Below, piece by piece: positions 11,270-22,662 of a DNA stretch of 64,000 nt (position 1 is its first letter; each line of letters starts with the position of its first letter). A program made the translations under genes and the position numbers. Source of the DNA: Rebecca billardiae RCC1528 (lineage: Eukaryota > Protista > Haptophyta); the NCBI GenBank assembly GCA_965240325.2, contig OZ251240.1, forward strand, positions 1,550,001 through 1,614,000, in the 5' to 3' direction. Under the pieces are notes generated by a model. The model worked only from the letters and a program-made list of their open reading frames with translations. It had not been told where the DNA came from and made no database searches.

Positions 11270-13177
11270 TAGGTGGGCCCACTGGCTACTGTGGGATTAT
11301 AGTGGCGCAGAGCGCGAGCTCATAGCGCGGTGTTTACTTTCATCTCGAGCTGGATTCCAGCCCCAGGAGATGGCCCCTGGCCTGCCTGGTAAAAAAACCA
11401 GTGGTACATGCCGTAAATATAGGGCGTAACGGTGACCTATTTACTAGTATGGGAAGTGGCCCTGTGCCCAATGTAACGACCATGTAACGGGCGTCTTAAA
11501 CGTGACATATAGGGTCGGCAGACGTCACTTTGATATAGCACTTTGATGGTCTGATCATAGGTCTTCAGCAGCATGCACACCCATTGTCACATATACGGCG
11601 TATATGGGCACTCTGAGAATACGGGATAACGGCCGTTACACCCGTGCGTTACATATACACCGCCATGCTGATCAGCATGGCTGCCATAGTATTTCAGACT
11701 GTTTCAGACTGCTCTCGTAGCAGCCGTACGGCGTGCATGTGACACCTAATATTTTTTCCAACCCTTCTACCCTCGATGGATGAGTCTTGAGGAGCCGTGG
11801 GCAAAGATTGAGCCGCATCGAGTCGTGGCGTCAGCCCTCCTGCCGTGGTCAAGGCAAGCAGGAGTGGTGCACGCGGCGCCGGGCACATCCGTCATCCAGC
11901 AGCCCGCAGCGTGAACACGGACAAGGTTCGTCGAGCGCTCATCTGTGGGCGTGGCGTTCAAGGCAGGCACTGCTATGCATCGAAACGCCTTTCCTCATGA
12001 CCCGACCTAACCGTTGCTCTACACTGCGACCAAGCTGTGTCCGAGCTGTCCTCAGCTCGACCGTCCTCTGCCTAACTGTGCGCAACGGCCGCTTCGTCAC
12101 AGCGCCGAGCTGGCTCGCCGTGGTGCGCGCGCGCGCGTAGCGATGTGCATTCATCACCGCTTCCTGCGTGGCAGCAGGGCGAGACATGGCTCGTCAGTAA
12201 GCGGGTACGCCTGCTGACCATGCATCGGCATCGGCGGCGTCACCAACGTGCTCGGGCAGGCTCACGAAGGGCTCAAATCACTTGTGAACGGATCAACTGT
12301 ACTGTCCGCAGCGAGCACGGCGCACAGCGGATGACCAAGCAGAGGCGGGGCGACTGCTGTGCGGCCGCGCGGGGGAGTAGCTGGGCTATCGAGGTACACG
12401 TAGAGCCACGACAGGGCTCAACAAGCGCATCAGCTGCGATCTACCCGGTCTGATGTGCAGCCCGACCTCGTGCAATTGTGTGGCTCGAGGCCCTTAAAGG
12501 GGCTCGTAGCTTCCAAACACCCGAGGAGCGTCGGCGCTGAGAGTTGAGTCGAGGCCGGGGAGGTAAGAGACGGCCTACGCATCCACTTTGACCGTGGTAT
12601 GACAATCAGATCCTTCCCCAAGTGCCCACGATGATGTGCTCGGCCACCTCGCCCAAGCGTACCGCCCTCATCCGTCGGGGACCTGACCGACGGGGGCAGT
12701 CTCCACAGGGCCGCAGAAGTAGCTGGGCCTTGCCAGGATACCATGTAGATGCTGTACCAGTAACGCTCCGGAGTGTACCAGTTCGTTCAAGGGTGTCCCA
12801 AGCTCGCGTTGTGCTCGCATTACAATCCTCAAAGCTGTTCCCGTGTTTGAACGCGCGACTGTCGGCGAGAGATGGCTAACCGGGAAGATGACCCAGGGAT
12901 GAACCGTTCGCATGGCTCGTTCCAGAGGGCTACGCAGCACGCCACGGGCGTGCGGCGCAGCGTGCCTCGCATGGCAGGCGGGCAAGCGCGGCGGACAACG
13001 CGCTGACGACGCGCGCAGGTCGATCCCGGTCATCGTTTTCGCGATCGACCGGCTTCCCGGACCGGGAGTTTGGCGGCCTGGGAAAAGGGACTTCAGCGCT
13101 AGAAAAAGAGCACGGCTGCCGCCCGAAAAAGCCAGAGAGATTTTGTTTTCATTTTTAAATGGCTGTGGGCCCACCTA
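11270..13177. mobile_element. Non-autonomous TIR element, TAGG...CCTA ends, 7-bp TSD (hAT-like)
   Basis: 13-bp TIR TAGGTGGGCCCAC...GTGGGCCCACCTA flanked by CAGTAGA on both sides; AT-richer interior with no recognisable transposase ORF. Confidence 0.8.
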
Positions 13178-13400
13178 CAGTAGATAGCAGATGGCAGATT
13201 TACGTCGTATAGTCGCGCGCAGACCAGCAGCGCGCTGTCGAAGAGTAAGTAAGACTGCTCATGTCTGAGGGCGAGGCGCCCGCAGTCAGTAGAGCACACT
13301 GGCGCCGCAGCCGAGCCGCGTAAGTACATACGGCCGTCACGGAGTCTCAGCCGCACTGAGTGAGTCATCCACGTAGCAGCCGGATCACGCGGCCTCGAGT

Positions 13401-14243
13401 TCAGCCACCGGGGCTTCCCCCGCTGCCTGCTGCCTCAACGCACCACTCGATGCAGTGCGGCTTGTGCAGCTTCCACGAGCTGCGCAGGTGCTCACGCGAG
13501 CAGAAGACCGCCACGTGGCACCGCTCGCACTTCTTCAGGCCACGGCCCGTCCGTCCGCAGGCGATGCAGCACTGGGACACCACCTCACGCACGCCAGCTG
13601 CCTCGGCCAGGATCTCGCGCAGGCCGCCTTCGAATTTGGGCTCGAGCTCTTGGGCACGGCGCATTAGCCGCATGCCCTCCGCCACATCATGCTCCAACCC
13701 CCCCACGCCTTGCAGAGTCATCCCTCCCACCGCGAAGATCGCAGCTGCTTCCCCGCCATCGGCAGCCAGGCGCAACAAGCGTATCGCCTCGCCCCGGTCC
13801 TGCGGCACACCCTCGCCGCCTCCGAGGCGCAGGCCCAGCTCGAGTTGCGAGAGCGCATGGCCCTGCTCAGCCCCCATCCGGAAGCAGCGCACTGCCTCGC
13901 ACGAATCCTGCGGCACACCATCGCCGTGCGTGTAGCACATGCCCAGGTTGTATTGCGCTTGAGCAAAGCCCTGCTCGGCCGCCAGCCGGTACCAGCGCAC
14001 GGCTGCCTCGAGGTCCACGGGCTGACCAAGCTCGCCTTTCCTGTGGATGTCGCCCATCTGGTCCTGCGCATCGGCAAAGCCGCGCTCAGCGGCGAGGGTG
14101 TACAGGCGGAAGGCTTCGCGCTCGTCCTGCGCGATGCCGTCACCAGCTTCAGCCCGCCGCGCCAGCAGGAACGTCGCGCGTGCGTCGCCACGCCCCGACT
14201 TGCGCCGGAGGAGCCCGACCGCCGCGGAAGCGTCCACCGCCAT
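13401..14243 (-). CDS. Sel1-like repeat protein with C-terminal zf-MYND
   Basis: Sel1 repeats (AVRWYRLAAEQGFAQAQYNLGMCYTHGDGVPQD); MYND CIAC..CERC...FCSREH...W..HK..C. ATG at 14243 is preferred over the longer ORF start. Confidence 0.92.
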   Translation of the reverse strand: MAVDASAAVGLLRRKSGRGDARATFLLARRAEAGDGIAQDEREAFRLYTLAAERGFADAQDQMGDIHRKGELGQPVDLEAAVRWYRLAAEQGFAQAQYNLGMCYTHGDGVPQDSCEAVRCFRMGAEQGHALSQLELGLRLGGGEGVPQDRGEAIRLLRLAADGGEAAAIFAVGGMTLQGVGGLEHDVAEGMRLMRRAQELEPKFEGGLREILAEAAGVREVVSQCCIACGRTGRGLKKCERCHVAVFCSREHLRSSWKLHKPHCIEWCVEAAGSGGSPGG

Positions 14244-14539
14244 GAACGATCCCGCGGCGGGGCTCGTCGCCGTGCGTCCGCCCGGAGCTCCGCAAGTCCT
14301 TATTCCGAGGAGGAGCCCCGCCTCTGGAAGGATCGATGGTCCTTTGGACGGAAGCAGTTTAGTAGTTTTCATCAAGTTTACGACGACCTTGTTACGACGA
14401 CACGTTGCCGCCGACGACGAATCAGGAGACCTGCAAGGCTGCAATCATAGAATTATTGGTCGCGCGACCAAGCAATGGCGGCGGCCTGACCGCCCGTGGC
14501 TGACAGAAAGAGCAGCCGTCTCGGTGTGGACGCGGCGTG

Positions 14540-15535
14540 ATGCTGCGGCCATTCTACGCAGACGCGCACATCCTCGCGGTGTGCAAGCCCGCCGGGCTGC
14601 TGAGCGTCGGCGCGCGCGACTCCGCCGCGTGCGCGATGCGCGCCTGGCTGAGCGCCTGCTTTGGGTACGCGCGCGGCGGCCGGCCGCCGCTGCTGCTGCC
14701 GGTGCACAGGCTCGACCAGCCCGCGTCCGGCGTGCTGCTGCTCGCGCGCACGCGCAAGGCGGCGTCGCGGCTCTGCGCAGCGTGGCGCGAGCCGGGCGCG
14801 GTGCGCAAGACGTACCTCGTGCGCACCGCGCCGCCGTCGCCGGCCGCGCCGCTGCGCGCGCGGCTGTGCGACGCCGGCGCGGAGGGCACGGCGGTCGTGT
14901 GGCTGGCCGCGCCGCCGCACAGGCGCGCCGCGGGCCCGCCCTCGAGCGCGCCGTCGGTGCGAGGCTCGCTCGAGCCGTTCGCCGGCGCGACGCGCACGAC
15001 GACGCGCTGGCGACTGCTCGGCTGGGCCGCGGACGGCGGCGCGGCGCTTGAGCTCGAGGCTTCCGGCGGCGCGGCGCACGGCGGCGCGGGCGGCGCCCGG
15101 CACCAGGTGCGGCTGGCGTGTGCGCTCGGCCTCGGCGCGCCCGTCGCGGGCGACGTGCGGTACGGCGCGCCGCGCGAGCTGGCGGGCTCGACGCTCGCGC
15201 CGCGCGCGCTCGCGCTGCACGCGCACACGCTCAGCGTGCCGTACCCTGTGTCGGTGCGGCCAGGCGCGCTGCCGCAGCGTCGGCTGCCGCGTGCGCGCGA
15301 GGGCGGCTGCGCCGACGACGCGCGGGCTCCGAGCGGCGGCGCCGCGTGCTACGCCGAGAGCGACGGCAGCTGGGCGTTTGCCGCCGAGGAGGCCGCCGAG
15401 GCGGATTTGGCAGAGCCGCCATGCGAGCCTCACCTCGCGGCGGTGGCACGCGGTGCGAGCCCGGTGCGCGTGCGGGCGACCTTCACCGCGGCCCCGCCGG
15501 CGTGGTGGCCGCTGGGCGCGGAGGCAGCGGGCTGA
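14540..15535 (+). CDS. RluA-family RNA pseudouridine synthase
   Basis: KPAGL, catalytic HRLD (VHRLDQPASGVLL), KTY, HQVR, GDVRYG and LALHA motifs. Confidence 0.92.
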   Translation: MLRPFYADAHILAVCKPAGLLSVGARDSAACAMRAWLSACFGYARGGRPPLLLPVHRLDQPASGVLLLARTRKAASRLCAAWREPGAVRKTYLVRTAPPSPAAPLRARLCDAGAEGTAVVWLAAPPHRRAAGPPSSAPSVRGSLEPFAGATRTTTRWRLLGWAADGGAALELEASGGAAHGGAGGARHQVRLACALGLGAPVAGDVRYGAPRELAGSTLAPRALALHAHTLSVPYPVSVRPGALPQRRLPRAREGGCADDARAPSGGAACYAESDGSWAFAAEEAAEADLAEPPCEPHLAAVARGASPVRVRATFTAAPPAWWPLGAEAAG

Positions 15536-15846
15536 GTCGGCGCGGAGGCGACGGCTGGCGATGCGCCAGCAGGCCTCGGCTGTGGCAAATGATAAGGCGT
15601 CACCGGGTCCGGGGCCGGCGCGCTGATCGGTCCGAGGGCGTCGTCCGTGTAGTCGTCGGCGGCGCGGCGCGGCTGAGGTCGCGGGGGCGCGCGCGCGACG
15701 AATGAACAGCACAGATCATCATATCATGCGCTGACGCAGACGATCGACGATGTATAGTCACTATAGCCTGGCGCCGGCTAGCCAGCACGCATGGCTGTAT
15801 ATATGACCGCGTTCCGCGGTCCTTCCGTAGAACCAACGTAGTTAGA

Positions 15847-17479
15847 GGCCCGCGGTGCACCCTTCGTCGGCTGCTGTCTCAGTGGCCAGTGCCTTCATCT
15901 CCGCCGCTCCAAGCGGCCCACCTGCTCACGCGCACCTCGGAGCTCGGCCTGCGCTGCGTCGGTGGCCGCTGGGTCAGGGTGCCGCTCGATGACGATGGCG
16001 ACCGTGCTGCCCAACTGCTCGACGTTGACGAGCTTATCGGTGCAGTACCTGTACCGAGTCACCAGCGGCAGCGCGGTCTCCACGCAGTCGTAGTCATGGC
16101 CGACTGAGATCGTCGGCACGCGCTGCTGCTGCGGGGGCTGCTCGCTCACCAGCTGACCGACGCTCTCGAGCAAGCCAATCCACGAACACGCCTCGTCGCA
16201 GCCAGCGAGAGCCTCCAGGATTTTGTACAGCACCTCACATGCGTCCTGCTGCTGCTGCCCAATCGCCGTCGTCCACCGACAGGCCTCGGCTATCGCGTCG
16301 TGGAGCGGCTCGAGCAAGCTGCGCGTTGGCTCCAACTCGCTGGGCCACTCGCAGTTGACATGAGCGAGCGCCAGCGTGCGCACACCGGACACGGTGCGGC
16401 TGCTGGACTGCTCCGTCGCGGCGGATGTGGCGAGCGAGACGAGGGAAGGGCACGCGAGCAGCGCCGCCAGCAGCGCGCCGAGGTAGCACGTGGTGCCGAG
16501 GTTGCGCGTGCCCAGCAGGCTGAGCATGCCGGCCCGCCTGCCGGCCTGGCGCGCGCTCGGCTGCTTGGAGGCCGAGTACATCGGAGTGGAGGGCCGCTCC
16601 GAATCGCGCTGGCCCGCGCGTGGCACGCCTGCGCCTGCCGCCGAATCGCGCTGGCCGCCCGTGCGCGGCACGCCTGCGCCTGCCGCCGAATCGCGCTGGC
16701 CTGCGCGCGGCGCGCCTGCGCCTGCATCAGCGCCCCCGCCACCGCGGGGCGGGGCCGGGGGCGCTGCTGGCGGCTGATCACCGTTGAGCGCTGCGAGCGG
16801 CGCGAAGCGGTTTGCAGCAGCGCTTGTGGTGAAGTCCGTGATCAGGCGTTTCGCGCCACCGCCGCCGAGCGTGCCCACCGCCTTCAGCGCAGTGCGGACC
16901 CCTTCGATGAGGCTGGAGATCGACCCAAGAGTGACTCCGTACTGCTCGGCCGCCGTCGTGAGCGCGTGCTTTCCCTGCACGACGGAGATGGCTGCAGCGA
17001 CTGCCTTGAGCGACACTTGGTTAAGGCGTGATTACAGTTTACTACGGTTTTTTTCAATATGACCCCCGCGTGCGCAAAATAATGCAAACCGGCAAACAGC
17101 GCGCTCGGTACGCCGACATGCAGTTTGAAACAGTCGTAGTATATGACCCATGCACATGCACTTTGTCAAAACAATACGGCCCTTGGACCGGCGACCAAGT
17201 TTTCAATAGCGTCGATGACACGATGACTAAACTTTACTGACAAAGTGACGGCCAGCGGCCTTCGATCTTTCTTATTACTCACGTCCGGGCGCGCCTATTT
17301 CGTCAACCGCATCTTGCGATAGAGAGCTATCTACCCCTCGAAAAAGCGAAAACTCACCCTCCAACAACCGTAAAAATCGTCCCCCGTCCCCTTTTCTTTG
17401 ATCAAAAGATCTTTTTGACAACGTAGTGAGGGCCCCCGGCGGGGCTCCACGCTACGCGCTCCGCCCTGCACCGCGGGCC
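15847..17479. mobile_element. Putative GGCC-ended TIR element carrying an HTH + truncated USP ORF
   Basis: 13-bp inverted repeat GGCCCGCGGTGCA (15847) / TGCACCGCGGGCC (ends 17479) brackets the ORF and an AT-rich upstream segment. No perfect TSD (AGA/ATA). Confidence 0.6.
15895..17016 (-). pseudogene. Truncated ubiquitin-specific protease (peptidase C19) ORF with N-terminal HTH-like segment
   Basis: Cys box GTRNLGTTCYLGALLAAL and QQQDACE motif present; His box absent; no ATG before the HTH-like part; internal ~42-45-bp tandem repeat (GAGVPRAGQRDSAA). Confidence 0.7.
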
Positions 17480-17896
17480 ATAATATAAAATATACATGTA
17501 TATTAATTATTATTGAGGATTGCCCACGGCTGGTGCATATACGACGACGCTACTACCGACTCATCACGCAAGATAGCAGTCCGAGCCGCATCGTCCGAGT
17601 CCGGTACGGCGCGCTACTCACTGATGAGTCACTACTGCTACTCACAGTACAGGCTATACGACATCAGCAGTCGATGATCCGATATAGCCAAATTGTATAT
17701 CGCGCGTACCCGGCATAGTGTATATGTCGATCGTATATCATCCGCCGCCGCCGGCGGGCGCCGCACTGCGTGACACTGATCAGCGCTCGCCGCCAACTGA
17801 GGCGGCCGGCACACTCGTGAACAGCAATCACAGCGGCGGCGCACGGATGTGAACAGTCGCGCGTCGACGCGTCATCATCACGCACTCATCAGTTAT

Positions 17897-19069
17897 TCAG
17901 TTAATGCGCATCGACGACGGCATGAAGCGCGCCACGGCCATGAGCTGACGGAGTGTGTGTGCGTTGGTGTAAATGTCGCTGTCTGCCCTGGCGCCGAGCG
18001 CCTCGATGCGCGCTGCCTCTGGCGTAGAGAAGGGCGCACCCTCGCCCGTGGTGTCTGTCGTGCGATTGACGAGCGCGAGGCCGCCGTGTAGGGAGTACAG
18101 GGTGCGCAGGGCGCGCGCGCTGTAGAAGACCACGTGGAAGTTGGCTTTGACGAGGTCGCGGCTGCCACAGCTGCCCGTCTTCATGCACCTGCGCGCGTCC
18201 ATGTTGGGCACGGATGTGTACACGTAGCCACCTGGGCGGAGGCAGCTCGTCATGGCGCGCAGGAACTTGCGCGGCTCGGTCACGTGCTCGAGCACATGGG
18301 AGGCGACCACCAGCGAAGCGGTGCCCTGCCCGCTGCAGCCGGTGAACATGCTGTTCCGGACGGCGATCTGGGTGGCGAGGCCCTTGGCGCGGCGTTCGCG
18401 CTCGAGCAGCGCGCCAGCAATGCGCGCCTGCGCGGGGTCGGGCTCGATGCAGGTGAGCTTGCCCACGAGCCCAACGGCTAAGATCTCCTTGCTCAGCATC
18501 CCGTACCCGCAGCCCGCGTCGATCACCTCGCTGCCCGGGCCCCACGCGTCTCGCGCGCGGCCGTGGAGCCAATGCGCCTGCTCGTCGGGCACGTTTCCAA
18601 AGTGCTGCCTCCCGCTGAGAATATCCTCCTCAGTCGGACCGTGCCTCCGCGAGTAGTAGTCCCCGGCGTACAGCGTTGTGAGCTCTCGCGCTGTGGGCAA
18701 GGGGTCCACGAATGTGGCCGAGCACGCACGGCAGGTGAGCGTCCTTGTCCCCTTCTGGGAGGGCGTCGCAAAGTCGGTGGCAAAGGGGCTGAGGCCCGCA
18801 ATGTCGTGCGAGCCGCACACTGGACATCTGACTGATGGATCGACTCGGGGGCGCGCCGGCGTGCGGCGGAGCTGCCTCTGCCGGCGCACCTGGCTGTCTC
18901 GCCGAGGTGCAGCGAGAACATCGTCGCCTCCGGCGATGACGGCATCGTCCTCGCCCGCAGCGGTGCCGATTCCCGCCGCAAGCGCCCCGCTCACCCAAAG
19001 CACTACCAGGATGAGCTGCGCCGCGACGGCCGTGGGTGGGGCACGGCCGCCCGCCACGCAACCCGCCAT
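17897..19069 (-). CDS. Class I SAM-dependent methyltransferase with N-terminal Zn ribbon and signal/anchor peptide
   Basis: VIDAGCGYG (motif I), CIEPD, SHVLEHV, LRPGG; CPVC...CRAC...YAGDYY; hydrophobic LILVVLWVSGALAA. Confidence 0.9.
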   Translation of the reverse strand: MAGCVAGGRAPPTAVAAQLILVVLWVSGALAAGIGTAAGEDDAVIAGGDDVLAAPRRDSQVRRQRQLRRTPARPRVDPSVRCPVCGSHDIAGLSPFATDFATPSQKGTRTLTCRACSATFVDPLPTARELTTLYAGDYYSRRHGPTEEDILSGRQHFGNVPDEQAHWLHGRARDAWGPGSEVIDAGCGYGMLSKEILAVGLVGKLTCIEPDPAQARIAGALLERERRAKGLATQIAVRNSMFTGCSGQGTASLVVASHVLEHVTEPRKFLRAMTSCLRPGGYVYTSVPNMDARRCMKTGSCGSRDLVKANFHVVFYSARALRTLYSLHGGLALVNRTTDTTGEGAPFSTPEAARIEALGARADSDIYTNAHTLRQLMAVARFMPSSMRIN

Positions 19070-19371
19070 CCCTGAATGGTGACGGGAAGTGAGGCGTGAC
19101 CTTGCACCGGCATGCACTTCCGCGGCACTTCGACGAGGATTACTTACCGACCTTGTTGATCGGCTGCTGACATGAGTCATGATGCGTCGTCACAGTCTAT
19201 GATTCACCACTGTGGCGCGTCGTCGCACAGAGAAGTGATGGTACGACACCCGGGCGCTCGTGGACCCCGCCCGCAGTCCCTTCGGCGGCGCAGCACAGAC
19301 AGAGTAGGTGCTTAGCATACCACTTCGAAAGCATGGGATGGGCTCCCTCCACCGCGCCCGGCGGCCCCGGC

Positions 19372-20253
19372 TCAGGCGGAGAGCACCGCATCCGCACGCG
19401 CTTGCGCTGGCCAGGTCGCCTCGGCGCACTCGGGCTCGAGCTCGATCCAGACCTCGTGGCGCGTGCCCTCACGCACGCTGTACCCTTCCTTGAGCCGCAG
19501 CCCGTCGCGCGTCGCCGCTTTGCGCAGCGCCTCGGCCGCCTGGCGCGTGCCGAGCACCTCAGACGCATCCGGGACCTCGGCGACCGCCACGGTCGCCTCG
19601 GAGAGGGCCGCGGCGCCCTCCATCGGCACGAGCACCATGCTCGGGCAGTTGACGTACCGGCGCACCGAGTACGCAGACGCGCGGCGGAGCAGCTCGTACC
19701 CGGGCAGCTGGCACGGCCCGGCCTTCACCGTGAGCTGCGCGCCAAAGTCGGCGAGCGCCTCGAGCGGCGACGCGTCGACGTACTCGCCCTCGCGCAGGTT
19801 GACGCTGTCCCAGAAGTCGCGCTGGCTGACGACCTGCGCGCACTCGTTGAGGGTGTACTTCGACACCCCCGAGAAGCGCGCGAACGGCTGCCACGGCAGC
19901 ACCTGCATGCACAGCTGCAGCGTCCAGCGCGTGGTGAGCGCGTACGGGTCGGCCTCGTCCTCCAGCACGTCGTGCAGCTCGATGCTCGCGTCCCTGAAGA
20001 GGACGCGGCCGAGCAGCGTGCGCCCGGCGAGCATGTCCACGTTGCTGCGGTACGCGCCGATCCCCGAGATCGAGATCATCGGGTCCTTGAAGGTGACTGC
20101 TGGCACGTAGAACTCCGTGCGCATCGGATCGAACATGGACGCATACTCCTCGCGCAGCGTGCGGATGAGCGCCGTCTTCGCGGCGGCGAAGTTGGATGGC
20201 GGCGCGGAGACGACGCCGAGCGCGGCGAGCACCGCGTGTACCACGCCGAGCAT
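19372..20253 (-). CDS. DUF2358 (SnoaL/NTF2-like) protein with partial SOUL-like C-terminus
   Basis: Y...VTFKDP..SISG...Y, TRWTL, FSGVSKY, Q.DFWDS; then PGYELLRRASAYSVRRY; hydrophobic leader. Confidence 0.8.
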   Translation of the reverse strand: MLGVVHAVLAALGVVSAPPSNFAAAKTALIRTLREEYASMFDPMRTEFYVPAVTFKDPMISISGIGAYRSNVDMLAGRTLLGRVLFRDASIELHDVLEDEADPYALTTRWTLQLCMQVLPWQPFARFSGVSKYTLNECAQVVSQRDFWDSVNLREGEYVDASPLEALADFGAQLTVKAGPCQLPGYELLRRASAYSVRRYVNCPSMVLVPMEGAAALSEATVAVAEVPDASEVLGTRQAAEALRKAATRDGLRLKEGYSVREGTRHEVWIELEPECAEATWPAQARADAVLSA

Positions 20254-20517
20254 TGCGAGCCCTGGGCGCGCGTGCACGCGACGCGTGGGGAGCGGGCGCG
20301 TTGAGGCAGCGGCAGCCGCGGTTGGGAGAGAGAAGCCCGGCCCACCGGAAATGCGGGCGAGGCCGAACGAAGCTTCGAGCACGTGTTCCGGCGCTGTGCT
20401 GTGCGCCCGTTCGCCGCCGCTCGCGGCGCACAGCAAGGAAACGCGACGCCAAGACAGTGCTTGGTGACTTTGAGCAGCCGGGCCGGACGCGGGATCGGCG
20501 GATCTTCCAGCATCACG

Positions 20518-21117
20518 ATGGTGGCGCGCAGGCTCCTCGCGGTCGTGGCGGTGGTGGGAGGGCCGCTCAGCGCGCACGGCTTCGGCGTGGCGCCGGCGCG
20601 CGGCATCTCGCGCGCCACGCCGATCACGCTGCGCGGCGGCGCGTGCATGCGTCCCGACGAGGATGACCCCACCGCTTCGCCGATCATGCAGGCCGTGAAC
20701 TGGCTCTCGCAGAGCGTGCAGCAGTCGCCGGTCGCGGGCCTGAAGAAGGGGCTCGCCAAGCTGCAGGCGGGCGACTATGACGAGGCGACAACGCGCGCAG
20801 AGCTCGACGCGCTCATCGCCGACAACCCCGTCATGGTCTTCTCCTTCACCACCTGCCCGTTCTGCCTTCGCGCGAAGCAGCTGCTCGATGGGATGGGCGC
20901 CAACTACAAGGCGGTCGAGCTGGACGCCGTCCCAGGCGGCTTTGCGTACCGCGCCGAGCTGGCGCAGCGCACGGGGCGGACCTCCGTGCCGGCTGTCTTC
21001 ATCGGCGGCGAGTTTGCTGGCGGCTGCAACGACGGCGGGCTGGGCGGCGTGGTCGCCCTGGACAACCAGGGCAAGCTGAGGCCGATGCTGAGCAAGGTCG
21101 GCGCGCTCGCGGCGTGA
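20518..21117 (+). CDS. Dithiol glutaredoxin (CPFC), probably plastid-targeted
   Basis: VMVFSFTTCPFC, TGRTSVPAVFIGG, GGCND; signal peptide ending AHG-F followed by a transit-like region. Confidence 0.95.
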   Translation: MVARRLLAVVAVVGGPLSAHGFGVAPARGISRATPITLRGGACMRPDEDDPTASPIMQAVNWLSQSVQQSPVAGLKKGLAKLQAGDYDEATTRAELDALIADNPVMVFSFTTCPFCLRAKQLLDGMGANYKAVELDAVPGGFAYRAELAQRTGRTSVPAVFIGGEFAGGCNDGGLGGVVALDNQGKLRPMLSKVGALAA

Positions 21118-22192
21118 AGCCGTCGCGGCCGAGCGCGTGGCGGCCTGCGGCTGCGTGGGCAGCGATCGGCAGGCCGCCCGGGTGAGCACCATCGGGCCAA
21201 GTGGGATCTCACAGTGAGTCCGACTCGGGGCATCAACTCGCAGCGCACGGTGACGGCCCTGCTGCGTCGCCGGGATGGGCCTGTGCCACCCGCCCTGAAC
21301 CGGGCCCAGTGAACGAACTTGTCGTCGACGTTGTCACACAGTGTTACGACGCGCGTTGGTGTCGACTGTCGTTACGTAAGGTACTCGTCAGTACGTACAT
21401 GTATATATATAGTCAACGGTATACTCACAGCATCGTCCGTTGACTCGATGACGCCTACTACTACTAGGCCTTCGAGCTACCACATGACTGCACTCTGCAG
21501 GCCGAAATACGACAACTGATGCCGTACTCAGAATCGGCAGATGATACGCGGTTGCGGTTATTATAATCGTCGGTTATCGAGTCACACGCCCGCCACTCAC
21601 CGGGTCACCAACACCGCACACGGGCCGCGCCGCGCACGGCGGTCACTCCGCAACCGCCTTCGGGGCCGAGAGAGTAGTGGCCTCACACTGTCGATGACTA
21701 GCGCTATATAGCTACATACATGCTGCCAGTAGTCTGACGGTCGGCTGTCGGCCGGGCGCCTAGTCGCTCCTGACCGGGGCACCTGGCCTGCCAGCCCGCG
21801 GGGCCGGTGGCGGGCTGGGCCGCGATCGTGCGGGCAGTGCGGCAGTGCCGCGCCCGGCCCCGGGGCCGGTCCGATCACGGCATCCGCGCCGCGAGCGGCC
21901 GAGTGGCATAATCGGACTGATGGCACATACGCAGCCCGGGAGACATTTTCGCATATGTACACAAGTGTCCGGAACGCTCCCGGACTGTGCTGAAATCTGA
22001 GTAGTAGTGGGGGCGGGGGGGGGGGGACCGGAGCCGGAGCCGACTGTCACAGTCGTAAGGCCGCGTACCGCGCTCAGCAGCCTGCACCAACACACCGCCG
22101 GCCGGCGCCGCCGCACCGTGACCGTTGCCACCGGGTCAAGACGGTCACTAGTTGCCACCGCGTCGGCTCGTCGTGCCGAATCTGAATAATGA

Positions 22193-22195
<3 letters not shown>

Positions 22196-22246
<51 letters not shown>
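22196..22246. repeat. (TA)n microsatellite
   Basis: About 25 TA units. Confidence 0.98.
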
Positions 22247-22248
<2 letters not shown>

Positions 22249-22662
22249 GTATAATAATCTGACGATGCCGGAATCTTCGACTTCTTAATCTTACGGCACT
22301 AACTAGTAACTTACTCCGACGATCGATGAATTCGATGATGATGTTAGATGTAGCAGACACGACGACACTCGTCTGTACTACGAAAACTAGCTATGTATAT
22401 ATGCTGGCTGGATGAGTAGTCCCATGTGCACATTATAGCATCAGCGCCGGCCACACGTAGGTAGAGTCGGAGCCGCAGTGCCATAATGCACCTGTGGCGG
22501 AGTTGCGACGACGACGCGTTACGATGCGGGACCGCGCGAGTCCGACGACGCATCATTCTGACGGCTGGTCAAATGTCGAGCGTCACTGGTGGCAAGGCCA
22601 CGGCGAGCAGCGCGTGCCGCCAGCTGCCTGCCGCGCATCGCGCACGGCGCCTTGCGCCGTGC

